A stretch of 64,000 bases of DNA from Eubacteriales bacterium (GTDB lineage: Bacteria; Bacillota; Clostridia; Oscillospirales; CAG-272): the NCBI GenBank assembly GCA_045611685.1, contig JAZKXO010000079.1:68551-132550 (forward strand). Direction: 5' to 3'. Of the stretch, positions 1-8,266 are shown piece after piece. The notes under the pieces were generated by a model. The model searched no databases. It was not told where the DNA came from and worked only from the letters and a program-made list of their open reading frames with translations. Position 1 is the first letter of the stretch. Every line of letters starts with the position of its first letter. A program made the position numbers and the translations under genes.

Positions 1-60
1 GAATTGATTACTGCCATTTACCAATCATCTAAAACGGGCAAGACTGTTTATCTTAAATAA
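1..60 (+). CDS. 3' end of an ORF that starts outside the window; its tail resembles the C-termini of Gfo/Idh/MocA-type oxidoreductases
   Basis: Frame 1 reads ...ELITAIYQSSKTGKTVYLK* and stops at 58-60. The ...AIYxSxKTGKxVxL ending is typical of that family, recalled from memory. Only 19 codons are visible. Confidence 0.3.
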   Translation, partial: ELITAIYQSSKTGKTVYLK

Positions 61-76
61 AACGGAGGAATTTACC

Positions 77-982
77 ATGCGTGTAAAGAAAATAGATATG
101 CACGCTCACGCACTCATAAGTCGCGGCATCATGAATCCGCGCAGAGACTATTGGCCGCTTCCCGAGGAGCTGCTCCCCATGTACGATGAACTGGGCATCG
201 AACGCGCTGTCCTCATGCCTCTTATTACAACCGAATACTACTTTGAGCCAACGACCAACCGTGAGATAAAGGCCATCGTAGAAAAATACCCCGATCGGTT
301 CAGTTGGTTTTGCAACATTGATCCGAGGCAGGGTAAACACTCTCCTATGACAGATTTTACCCCTGTTTTGGAATACTACAAATCCATCGGCGCAAAAGGT
401 GTCGGTGAGGTGTGCGCAAATCTCTATTTCGACGATCCGATGACGATGAACCTGTTCGCCCACTGCGAAAAGTGCAATATGCCCATTACCTTCCATATTG
501 GAAAGTTGGGCGGCGACTACGGACTTGTGGACGAGGCAGGACTCCCCCGCCTTGAAAAAGTGCTTAACGCATTTCCCAACCTGAAGCTGATCGGACACTC
601 CCAAAAATTCTGGGCCGAGATCAGCGGTGAGATCAACACGGAAAACAGAAACGCTTACCCAAGCGGCAAGGTTGTCCCCGGCGGACGCGTTGTTGAGCTA
701 CTCCGCCGCTATCCCAATATGTATGCCGATATATCCGCCGACAGCGGCGCGACCGCAATCATGCGCGACCCGGAATTCGGATACAAGTTCCTGGAAGAAT
801 TCAAAGATAAGCTTTTCTTCGGCACAGACATCTGCACGTCAGACATAAATCGCGCGAAAAAAGCAACTCTCTGGAAGCTCAGTGCCTTCCTTGACGATGC
901 TGTTGACAACGGATTTATCACCGAAGACGCCTATTACAAGATCTGCCGCGGAAACGCGGAAAAGCTTTTTGATTTGAAATAA
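77..982 (+). CDS. amidohydrolase-family (TIM-barrel metal-dependent hydrolase) protein
   Basis: 301-aa ORF with GGAGG 8 nt upstream of the ATG. The N-terminal KIDMHAHAL metal-ligand motif and overall layout fit amidohydrolase 2-type proteins. Confidence 0.7.
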   Translation: MRVKKIDMHAHALISRGIMNPRRDYWPLPEELLPMYDELGIERAVLMPLITTEYYFEPTTNREIKAIVEKYPDRFSWFCNIDPRQGKHSPMTDFTPVLEYYKSIGAKGVGEVCANLYFDDPMTMNLFAHCEKCNMPITFHIGKLGGDYGLVDEAGLPRLEKVLNAFPNLKLIGHSQKFWAEISGEINTENRNAYPSGKVVPGGRVVELLRRYPNMYADISADSGATAIMRDPEFGYKFLEEFKDKLFFGTDICTSDINRAKKATLWKLSAFLDDAVDNGFITEDAYYKICRGNAEKLFDLK

Positions 983-1017
983 AGCCTTGTAAAAGATTTA
1001 TTTATAGGAGAAAAAAC

Positions 1018-2358
1018 ATGGAAAAACTCGCTTATCTTGGCGGAAACCCGATTCCGAAAGTAGAAATGCCCCAGGATATTCTCAAATGGCCGATTATAAC
1101 AGATGAGGACAAAGCCGCCATTATGGACGTAGTGGAGCGCAACGCGTTCTCCGGCACGGACATCACCGAAGCATTCGAAAAGGAATTTGCCGAGTGGCTC
1201 GGTGCACCCTACTGTATTGCCACCTGCAACGGCACGTTCGCACTATTTGCCGCTATGTTCGGTGTAGGCCTCGGTGCGGGCGATGAGATCATCTGTCCTT
1301 CAAAAACGTATTGGGCCAGCTGTCTTTCCGCACAGCTTCTCGGTGCATCCGTCGTTTTTGCGAACATCAATCCAAACACACTCGGCATCGACCCCGCCGA
1401 TTTGGAGCGCTGTCTCAGCCCCCGCACCAAAGCAATTATGGTAGTACATTATTTTGCTCATCCCGTTGATATGGATCCTATTATGGCGTTTGCAAAAAAA
1501 CACAATCTGAAAGTAATTGAAGACGTGTCCCACGCGCAAGGCGGCATGTACAAGGGACGCCGCCTCGGCACGATCGGCGACGTTGGCGCTATGTCGCTTA
1601 TGAGTGGCAAATCCTTTGCCGCCGGCGAGCTCGGCGCTTTGCTTACGAGCGATGTTGAGATCTACGAACGCGCGCTGGCTTTCACGCACTATGAGCGCAA
1701 CGATCTCAAGCATATCGTTCACACTGATTATCTGAAACCCTTTGTCGGTCTTCCGCTCAGCGGACTTAAGGGACGCGTAAACCAAACCTGCTCCGCCGCC
1801 GCACGCGTACAGATGAAATATTACGATGAACGCACCGCGGAAATCCGCCGCTGTATGAACTACTTTTTTGATCAGTTAGAAGGTCTTCCAGGCATTCATC
1901 CCGTACGCGTTGACGAAAGCGAAGGCTCCAATATGGGAGGTTGGTACGTACCTTGTATGACCTACCACGCAGAAGAACTTGGCGGACTTGATATCCATAC
2001 GTTCTGCGCCGCCGTAAAGGCAGAGATCGGACTCGCTATCCGCCCCTCCGGTAACTTCCCGCTTCACAACCACAATCTCTTCAAGAAATTCGATCTGACG
2101 CATATCGGCAAGCCCACGCGCATCGCTTTCACAGATCGCGACGTACGCGAAACGGATGCAGGTCTTACGCCCACTGAAGAGGTTAAGATGATTTCCGTAC
2201 CGTGGTTCAAGAAGTTCTATCCCGAGTACATCGATTATGTTGCCGCCGGCTACAAAAAAGTTGCTCTCAACGCAAAGCAGTTGATTGGTGAACAGGCGGA
2301 AAAGAATACCGAAGGCTATTGGTTCGGTACCGCAAACGAAAAAATGAAAGATAACTAA
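1018..2358 (+). CDS. DegT/DnrJ/EryC1/StrS-family PLP-dependent aminotransferase
   Basis: 446 aa with RBS AGGAGA. It has the typical N-terminus (LAYLGGNP..., FEKEFAEWLGAPYCIATCNGTFAL) and a PLP-lysine region, SLMSGKSFAAGELG. Confidence 0.8.
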   Translation: MEKLAYLGGNPIPKVEMPQDILKWPIITDEDKAAIMDVVERNAFSGTDITEAFEKEFAEWLGAPYCIATCNGTFALFAAMFGVGLGAGDEIICPSKTYWASCLSAQLLGASVVFANINPNTLGIDPADLERCLSPRTKAIMVVHYFAHPVDMDPIMAFAKKHNLKVIEDVSHAQGGMYKGRRLGTIGDVGAMSLMSGKSFAAGELGALLTSDVEIYERALAFTHYERNDLKHIVHTDYLKPFVGLPLSGLKGRVNQTCSAAARVQMKYYDERTAEIRRCMNYFFDQLEGLPGIHPVRVDESEGSNMGGWYVPCMTYHAEELGGLDIHTFCAAVKAEIGLAIRPSGNFPLHNHNLFKKFDLTHIGKPTRIAFTDRDVRETDAGLTPTEEVKMISVPWFKKFYPEYIDYVAAGYKKVALNAKQLIGEQAEKNTEGYWFGTANEKMKDN

Positions 2359-2360
2359 CA

Positions 2361-2392
2361 AAAAGATGCCGCGCTCGCGGCATCTTTTTTAT
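2361..2392 (+). terminator. rho-independent terminator after the aminotransferase gene
   Basis: Stem GATGCCGC (2365-2372) pairs with GCGGCATC (2377-2384) around a 4-nt loop, followed by T6. Confidence 0.8.
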
Positions 2393-2429
2393 TACGTCGG
2401 CGCATACACTCTCTTCAGGAGGTGTAATA

Positions 2430-2572
2430 TGCCAGAGCAGAATTCTTTTATAACAAACGTTTTCAAAACGGAGGACGAAACAGAGAGAACGCGTCTCTAT
2501 ACAGAAAAATGGTGTAAGCTTTTGAAAAAAGCATTGGCGGACACATATGATCCGCAAATACATTATGAGTAA
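2430..2572 (+). CDS. small hypothetical protein (47 aa) translationally coupled to the serine recombinase; candidate accessory or directionality factor
   Basis: AGGAGG lies 6 nt upstream of ATG 2430. The product is MPEQNSFITNVFKTEDETERTRLYTEKWCKLLKKALADTYDPQIHYE. Its stop codon overlaps the recombinase start (ATGAGTAA at 2565-2572). Confidence 0.45.
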
Positions 2573-4124
2573 GCAAAAGGCGGCGCTTTACTGTCGCCTC
2601 TCCGAAGAAGACAAAAAGAAAGAATTCGAATCTGATGATTCACAAAGCATTCAAAACCAAAAAGCCATGCTCACAGAATATGCGAACCGTGAAGGTTGGG
2701 AGATCTACGGCATCTACAGCGACGACGACTACGCGGGCGCCGATCGGAAACGCCCCGCCTTCAACCGACTTTTGCGAGATGCAGAGGCACGGCGTTTCGA
2801 TATCATACTCTGTAAAACGCAGTCTCGTTTTACACGAGAGATGGAACTGGTGGAAAAATACATACACGGTCTCTTTCCGCTATGGGGAATCCGATTCGTG
2901 AGCATCGTTGATAACGCGGACACCGCCAACCGCGGAAACAAAAAATCCCGACAGATAAACGGTCTTGTGAATGAATGGTATCTTGAGGATATGTCGGACA
3001 ACATACGTGACGTGCTCACCAGCCGGCGTAAAAACGGTTTTCATATCGGCTCATTTGCGCTCTACGGCTACAAAAAGGACCCCGAAAAAAAAGGACATCT
3101 CATCATCGATGCCGAAGCCGCCGCCGTGGTACGGGAGGTTTTTACGCTGTTTTCAAAAGGCTACGGAAAAACGGCGATCGCACGCATTCTGAACGATCGT
3201 GCCATACCGAATCCGACTGAATACAAGCGTCTCTCGGGGATGAACTACAAACAGCCGAACGGGAAAACAGGCACGCTTTGGAAATACAGCGCGATCTCCG
3301 ATATGCTGAAAAACGAGATGTACATCGGGAACATGGTACAGGGAAAATACGGAAGCATTTCCTACAAAACAAAAATAAACCACTCTCGCCCGCGTAATGA
3401 ATGGATAGTCGTAAAAGGGACGCACGAGCCGATTATCGACATGACGCTTTGGGAGAAAGTGCAAGCCATACTCTCAGAGAAAACGAAGCCGTTCGGGAGC
3501 GGTACCGTGGGCGTTTTCGCAGGGATTGCGCGGTGCACCGCGTGCGGCTATACACTTCGCTCTTCCCAAAACCGCGGGCGTCGGTATCTCTCTTGTCCCA
3601 ATCGCTATATCGCCAAGGATGCATGCACCGGTGCTTTCATCTCCGCTGATAGGCTTGAACAAACCGTTCTCCACGCCATTCACACGTTTAATGAAAAATA
3701 TCTTGATCGAGAGATGCTCTTGGAAAACGCCCAACTAAGAGACGAAAGCGACACCGAAAAAACGCGTCTCCGTGCAGATGCTGATCGGTACGAAAAAAAG
3801 ATCCGCGAAAATGAATCGGTTTTGCAAAAGCTGTATCTTGATCGGGTAAACGGAATCGTTCGTGAAGAGGATTTCATCCTGCTTTCCAAGAGCTTCGCCG
3901 AAGAGAAGGCGCGATTTGAAAAACTTGCCGCCAAAAGCAAAGAAGCACTCGAGCACATAAAGGCTGGGGCCGCCGCCCGTGATTTTGATACGGAGATTAA
4001 AACTATGCTCAACGTTTCAAGTCTCGAGCGCGAGACGGCCTTAGTATTGATTGACCGTATATCCGTAGGGCAGCGCATTGCCGGCACTAGAAACGTACCT
4101 ATCACGATCTGTTGGAATTTCTAA
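2565..4124 (+). CDS. large serine recombinase (resolvase/invertase N-terminal domain, recombinase domain, zinc ribbon and coiled coil)
   Basis: The N-terminus AALYCRLSEED carries the catalytic Ser, followed by DIILCKTQSRFTRE. A central recombinase domain is followed by a Cys cluster (CTACGY...SCPNRY...C) and a long charged C-terminal helix. Start at ATG 2565 (MSKQK) is preferred over 2547. Confidence 0.9.
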   Translation: MSKQKAALYCRLSEEDKKKEFESDDSQSIQNQKAMLTEYANREGWEIYGIYSDDDYAGADRKRPAFNRLLRDAEARRFDIILCKTQSRFTREMELVEKYIHGLFPLWGIRFVSIVDNADTANRGNKKSRQINGLVNEWYLEDMSDNIRDVLTSRRKNGFHIGSFALYGYKKDPEKKGHLIIDAEAAAVVREVFTLFSKGYGKTAIARILNDRAIPNPTEYKRLSGMNYKQPNGKTGTLWKYSAISDMLKNEMYIGNMVQGKYGSISYKTKINHSRPRNEWIVVKGTHEPIIDMTLWEKVQAILSEKTKPFGSGTVGVFAGIARCTACGYTLRSSQNRGRRYLSCPNRYIAKDACTGAFISADRLEQTVLHAIHTFNEKYLDREMLLENAQLRDESDTEKTRLRADADRYEKKIRENESVLQKLYLDRVNGIVREEDFILLSKSFAEEKARFEKLAAKSKEALEHIKAGAAARDFDTEIKTMLNVSSLERETALVLIDRISVGQRIAGTRNVPITICWNF

Positions 4125-4128
4125 AGGT

Positions 4129-4347
4129 TGCTTTTATAAAGGCGCAGCAGAGCAAAAGGCGCGCGTAACCTACGACAATCTTCTTCGACTCATTGACGAT
4201 CCGGACGTACGCGAGCCGCTGAAATTCCTGCGTGAGCGTGAGGTTGTTCACTATCAGCGTTTCGGAGATGCACTCCGTATTGCGAAGGACAGCATGGATT
4301 CAAAAAACTTCTACGCATTCAACCCCGCATACAACCCGTGCAAGTGA
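4129..4347 (+). pseudogene. cotJC: 3' fragment (C-terminal third) of a cotJC / manganese-catalase-family spore coat gene, separated from its 5' part by the element
   Basis: Translation FYKGAAEQKARVTYDNLLRLIDDPDVREPLKFLREREVVHYQRFGDAL... aligns by eye with B. subtilis CotJC ...LYEDIAAEEKARATYQWLIDISDDPDLNDSLRFLREREIVHSMRFREAV. There is no start codon or RBS and no N-terminal di-Mn ligand region. Confidence 0.75.
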
Positions 4348-4351
4348 AAAT

Positions 4352-4380
4352 AAAACGGATGCCTTTCGGCATCCGTTTTT
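4352..4380. terminator. bidirectional rho-independent terminator between the cotJC fragment (+) and yebC (-)
   Basis: AAAACGGATGCC-TTTC-GGCATCCGTTTT is a perfect 12-bp stem with A/T runs on both sides. Confidence 0.85.
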
Positions 4381-4383
4381 CTT

Positions 4384-5115
4384 TCATGCATCTGCATTTT
4401 CCCAGTTGTGGTAGATCTCGCTGATATCGTCGGAATCCTCGAGATGCTCAATGAGGAGGTTCATGTTTTTGATATCCTCTTCACTGGTAAGCGTTACGTA
4501 TGTGCTAGGGATCTTGTCTTTTTCCGCAGATTCGATCGCGTAGCCCGCCTCGGCGAGTGCATCACGCACAGCATACAGATCAGAAACCTCGGTCAGGATT
4601 TCAAACGCATCCTCGTCTGCGGTAAAATCAGCGGCACCGGCTTCGAGGGCTGTCTCCATGAGCGCATCCTCATCCACACCGTCTTCGCGGAGGATCACGA
4701 TCACGCCCTTATCCTCGAACATGAACGACACGCAACCACTCTGGCCGAGGTTTCCGCCGTACTTATCAAAGTAGTGGCGTACGTCGGAGGCAGTACGGTT
4801 GCGGCTGTCGGTTGCGGCTTCCACGATCACGGCAACACCGGACGGGCCGTATCCCTCGTATACGATCTCCTCGTACTCAACTGCGTCTGCACTGCTTGCT
4901 TTCTTGATCGCGCGCTCAATATTATCGTTCGGCACGTTGTTCGCTTTCGCTTTTACGATCAACTCGCGCAGTTTGCTGTTGCCGGACGGATCGGGGCCGC
5001 CCTCACGAACGGCGATGGCGATCTCCTTACCGATTTTGGTAAAGACTTTTGCTTTCTGCGCATCGGTCTTTGCTTTTTTGTTTTTAATATTATTCCATTT
5101 GCTGTGTCCAGACAT
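4384..5115 (-). CDS. yebC: YebC/PmpR-family DNA-binding transcriptional regulator
   Basis: 243 aa with the family's N-terminal signature, MSGHSKWNNIKNKKAKTDAQKAKVFTKIGKEI. Confidence 0.95.
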   Translation of the reverse strand: MSGHSKWNNIKNKKAKTDAQKAKVFTKIGKEIAIAVREGGPDPSGNSKLRELIVKAKANNVPNDNIERAIKKASSADAVEYEEIVYEGYGPSGVAVIVEAATDSRNRTASDVRHYFDKYGGNLGQSGCVSFMFEDKGVIVILREDGVDEDALMETALEAGAADFTADEDAFEILTEVSDLYAVRDALAEAGYAIESAEKDKIPSTYVTLTSEEDIKNMNLLIEHLEDSDDISEIYHNWENADA

Positions 5116-5183
5116 CTCAAAACCTGCCCGACAGTTCGGGCTATCCTTTCTTCCCCGCCGAAAATGCGGGACAAACTTACAAA

Positions 5184-6896
5184 TTAAATTTTCTCGGGCG
5201 TCTTAATGCAGATAAGACGAAGCGCGTTTCTAAGAACGTGACCGGCCGCACGCGTAAGACGGACGCGGGTAGCGCGGACGCTCTCGTCCTCCGCCGTTAC
5301 AACGGGGCACGCCTGATAGAAGCGGTTGAACGCCGTGCATACGTCGATAACGTACCGCGTGATCACAGACGGCTCATACTGTGCGACAGCATCGAGCACC
5401 TTCTCGGGGAATTTCGAAAGCGTGAGAAGAAGGGCGGATTCCTCCGGCTTTGTGAGGACAGCCTCACCGGTGAGATCCATATCGCCGGCTTTCTCAATGA
5501 TACTGCACGTTCTCGCATAGGTGTACTGCGCGTACGGTCCTGTGCTTCCCTCAAAGCTGAGCGCATTCTCAAGCATGAAATTGATATCCTTAATGCGGCT
5601 GTTGTAGAGGTAGTGGAACACGATCGCGCCCACACCGACAGCCTGTGCGACCTCATCCTTATTGGGGAGATCGGGGTTCTTTTCGTTCATGATCTCATAA
5701 ACCTTTTCGATTGACTGACGGAACAGATCCTTCAGAAGAACGACATTGCCCGTACGGGTCGCGAGTTTTTCACCGCCGATGCTGACCGTACCGTACGGCA
5801 CGTGGACGAGCTGATCACACCAATCGTAGCCCATAAGTTCCATAACCTTGAACCACTGGGCAAAATGGAGGCTCTGGCCGGCAGACGTCACGTAGATACA
5901 TTTATCAAAGCCAAAATTCTGTTTTCTGTAAACAGCGGCAGCAATATCGCGGGACGGATACAGCGACGCGCCGTCTCTCTTAAGGATAAGGCACGGCGGC
6001 ATATTGTACTCGGAGAGATCAACGATAGAAGCACCGTCATCCAGTTTGAGAAGCCCCTTATCGCGCATGATCTGAATCTGCGCGTCCATCTTATCGGAGA
6101 AGAAGCTCTCACCCATATAATGATCGAACGTGATTCCGAGCTGTTTGTAGGTTACATTGTACTCCTTGAGGCTGATCTCCAAAAACCATTTCCACAGTTC
6201 AATGTTCTCGGGAACGTGCTCCTCGAGCTTTTTGAACTCGGCTCTTGCCTCGTCGTTGAGCGTGGGATCCTTTTCGGCTTCCTCGTGGAATTTCACGTAC
6301 AGTTCCACAAGGCCGTCGCATCCCTTTGCTTCAACCTCTGCCTTATCGCCCCACCGCTTGTATGCGACGATCTGCTTGCCGTTCTGGGTACCCCAGTCGC
6401 CGAGGTGATTGATACCGATGCACTTATAACCGCAGTATTCGTGGAGCAGTTTCAGCGAATGACCGATGACGGTCGTGCCGAGATGGCCGATGTGGAACGG
6501 CTTCGATGTATTGGGGGAGGAGTAGTCGAGAACGACCGTCTTTCCTTCACCCATATCGTTCTTACCGTAGTGATCGCCTGCCGTCTCCACAGCCGTGAGG
6601 ACGTTCTTCAGAAGGTATGAAGGCGAAATCTTGAAATTCAGATACCCACCCGCAACACTTACCGCGGCTGCGTCAAGCTCGCCGATCTGTTCAGCCAGCA
6701 TGGAAGCGATCTTCGGCGGTGCCGAACGGAGCAATTTGCTCAACTTAAAGCACGGGAGCGCCACGTCACCCATCGTATCATCCGGCGGATACTCGAGCAT
6801 ATCAAAAAGCTCTTTATCCGTGAGTCCGTTATCCTGCCAAAGCGCATTCGCCGCATTCAGAATAGCGGATGCAATCGTTTGTTTGAAAAGAAGCAT
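5184..6896 (-). CDS. argS: arginine--tRNA ligase
   Basis: 570 aa with the class I HIGH motif (KPFHIGHLG). The ArgS-type N-terminal additional domain and C-terminal anticodon-binding domain were recognised by eye. Confidence 0.9.
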   Translation of the reverse strand: MLLFKQTIASAILNAANALWQDNGLTDKELFDMLEYPPDDTMGDVALPCFKLSKLLRSAPPKIASMLAEQIGELDAAAVSVAGGYLNFKISPSYLLKNVLTAVETAGDHYGKNDMGEGKTVVLDYSSPNTSKPFHIGHLGTTVIGHSLKLLHEYCGYKCIGINHLGDWGTQNGKQIVAYKRWGDKAEVEAKGCDGLVELYVKFHEEAEKDPTLNDEARAEFKKLEEHVPENIELWKWFLEISLKEYNVTYKQLGITFDHYMGESFFSDKMDAQIQIMRDKGLLKLDDGASIVDLSEYNMPPCLILKRDGASLYPSRDIAAAVYRKQNFGFDKCIYVTSAGQSLHFAQWFKVMELMGYDWCDQLVHVPYGTVSIGGEKLATRTGNVVLLKDLFRQSIEKVYEIMNEKNPDLPNKDEVAQAVGVGAIVFHYLYNSRIKDINFMLENALSFEGSTGPYAQYTYARTCSIIEKAGDMDLTGEAVLTKPEESALLLTLSKFPEKVLDAVAQYEPSVITRYVIDVCTAFNRFYQACPVVTAEDESVRATRVRLTRAAGHVLRNALRLICIKTPEKI

Positions 6897-6898
6897 AT

Positions 6899-8032
6899 TT
6901 ATTCCTCTGTTTTCGATTCAGCCAATCTCTTTGCCTGCTTATCGAGAAGCGTATGGATTCTCTGTACGGGATCAAGGAGCGTGCTGATGGATTCGTCGTG
7001 ATTCAAAGTGTCGATGATGTACGAGACGTATTTGCACATATTGACCTCCTGATACCAAGGACGCTCACGAAGCTCCGTCGGCTGGTATACAAGGTTCGTT
7101 GTGAACACCTTATCAATAAGTCCCTGCTCGTACGCCTCGTCAAAGATCTTCATGCCGTTACAGAAGAGGCCGAACGTAACGAAGAGGAAGATTCTGCGGG
7201 CGCCCTTTGCTTTAAGCTGCGCGGACACGTCGAGGATCGACTCGCCGGAGGAGATCATATCGTCCACGACGATAACGTCCTTATCTTTGATATCCTTACC
7301 GAGATACTCGTGTGCGACAATCGGGTTCTTACCGTTCACGATCACGGCGTAGTTGCGGCGCTTATAGAACATACCGATATCAACACCGAGAACGGAGGAG
7401 TAATACATGCAGCGGGACATAGCGCCCTCATCGGGGGAGATGATGGTCAGCTGATCGTGCGAGAGGGAGATATCCGGATACGCACGAACAAGTGCTTTGA
7501 GCATTTGATACGTCGGAAATACGTTATCAAATCCGCGCAGGGGGATAGCGTTCTGTACGCGTGCGTCGTGTGCGTCGAACGTAATAATGTTCGCAACGCC
7601 CATATTTACAAGCTCCTGGAGTGCGAGAGCACAGTCAAGAGACTCTCGGGAGCTTCTCTTGTGCTGGCGTCCCTCGTAAAGCATCGGCATGATAACGGAA
7701 ATGCGGCGCGCCTTACCTTCGATCGCGGCAATCACGCGTTTCAGATCCTGGAAATGATCATCCGGGCTCATCGGTACCGTAAAGCCGCGCATATTATACG
7801 TTACGCCGTAGTTAAAGCAGTCAGAGAAAATGTACACGTCCCGGCCGCGCATGGAATGATGAATGAGCGCCTTCGCTTCACCGGAACCGAAGCGGGGGCA
7901 ATCCGTTTCAATGAGATAGGATTCCTCTTCGTGGCCGCGCCATTCTCTCAGGTAACGGTCTACCTGTTCAACAAAGCCTTCACAGCCTCTCATACCGATT
8001 ACGGCAAGTTCTCCGTACAACAATTCCTTCAT
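6899..8032 (-). CDS. prs: ribose-phosphate pyrophosphokinase family protein (long form)
   Basis: Carries the PRPP-binding loop VIVVDDMISSGESI and the FDAHD and RFGSGEAK motifs. ATG 8032 (MKELLYGE) has AAGGGG 8 nt upstream and is preferred over GTG 8047. The gene is 2 nt from argS. Confidence 0.8.
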   Translation of the reverse strand: MKELLYGELAVIGMRGCEGFVEQVDRYLREWRGHEEESYLIETDCPRFGSGEAKALIHHSMRGRDVYIFSDCFNYGVTYNMRGFTVPMSPDDHFQDLKRVIAAIEGKARRISVIMPMLYEGRQHKRSSRESLDCALALQELVNMGVANIITFDAHDARVQNAIPLRGFDNVFPTYQMLKALVRAYPDISLSHDQLTIISPDEGAMSRCMYYSSVLGVDIGMFYKRRNYAVIVNGKNPIVAHEYLGKDIKDKDVIVVDDMISSGESILDVSAQLKAKGARRIFLFVTFGLFCNGMKIFDEAYEQGLIDKVFTTNLVYQPTELRERPWYQEVNMCKYVSYIIDTLNHDESISTLLDPVQRIHTLLDKQAKRLAESKTEE

Positions 8033-8089
8033 GATAAACCCCTTCACATGATGTATTTATATTTGAACCGCCTTTGGTTCATAAGTTAC

Positions 8090-8128
8090 AAAAGAAAGAC
8101 GGGAGAATGACAAAATAACATTCTCCCG
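8090..8128 (-). terminator. rho-independent terminator downstream of the AEC transporter gene
   Basis: Stem CGGGAGAATG (8100-8109) pairs with CATTCTCCCG (8119-8128). A T-rich tail follows on the minus strand. Confidence 0.75.
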
Positions 8129-8266
8129 TATGTTTATAAATCCAGAGGGCAGGACGCCTCAAATGCATACACTTCGCCCGTAATTCCCATGTTCTTCATA
8201 GTGGAAGCGGAAGAATTGTACAGCATGTCCATCGTCCTTTCTCTTTTACTTGTTATCGTTTTAGGA

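Larger units (their letters stand above)
1..4128 (+). mobile_element. right-hand portion of an integrated, serine-recombinase-bearing element inserted in cotJC; the left end is outside the window
   Basis: The recombinase gene sits at the extreme right edge, directly abutting a 3' gene fragment. No 5' cotJC part exists anywhere in the window. The extent to the left is unknown. Confidence 0.5.

Noticed and set aside
4078-4128. The N-terminal part (MPALETYLSRSVGISKG) of the tracked ORF 4078-4347 could in principle be a real start for the cotJC-like ORF.
   Set aside because: This segment overlaps the 3' end of the recombinase gene in another frame, has no RBS, and shows no similarity to CotJC. 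Similarity begins only at about 4129.
8048-8266. A possible T-box or other leader might lie upstream of prs-argS.
   Set aside because: I found no specifier-loop or T-box (GGUGGUA-type) sequence. The single hairpin is better explained as the terminator of the upstream AEC transporter gene, and only about 50 nt remain before the prs start.
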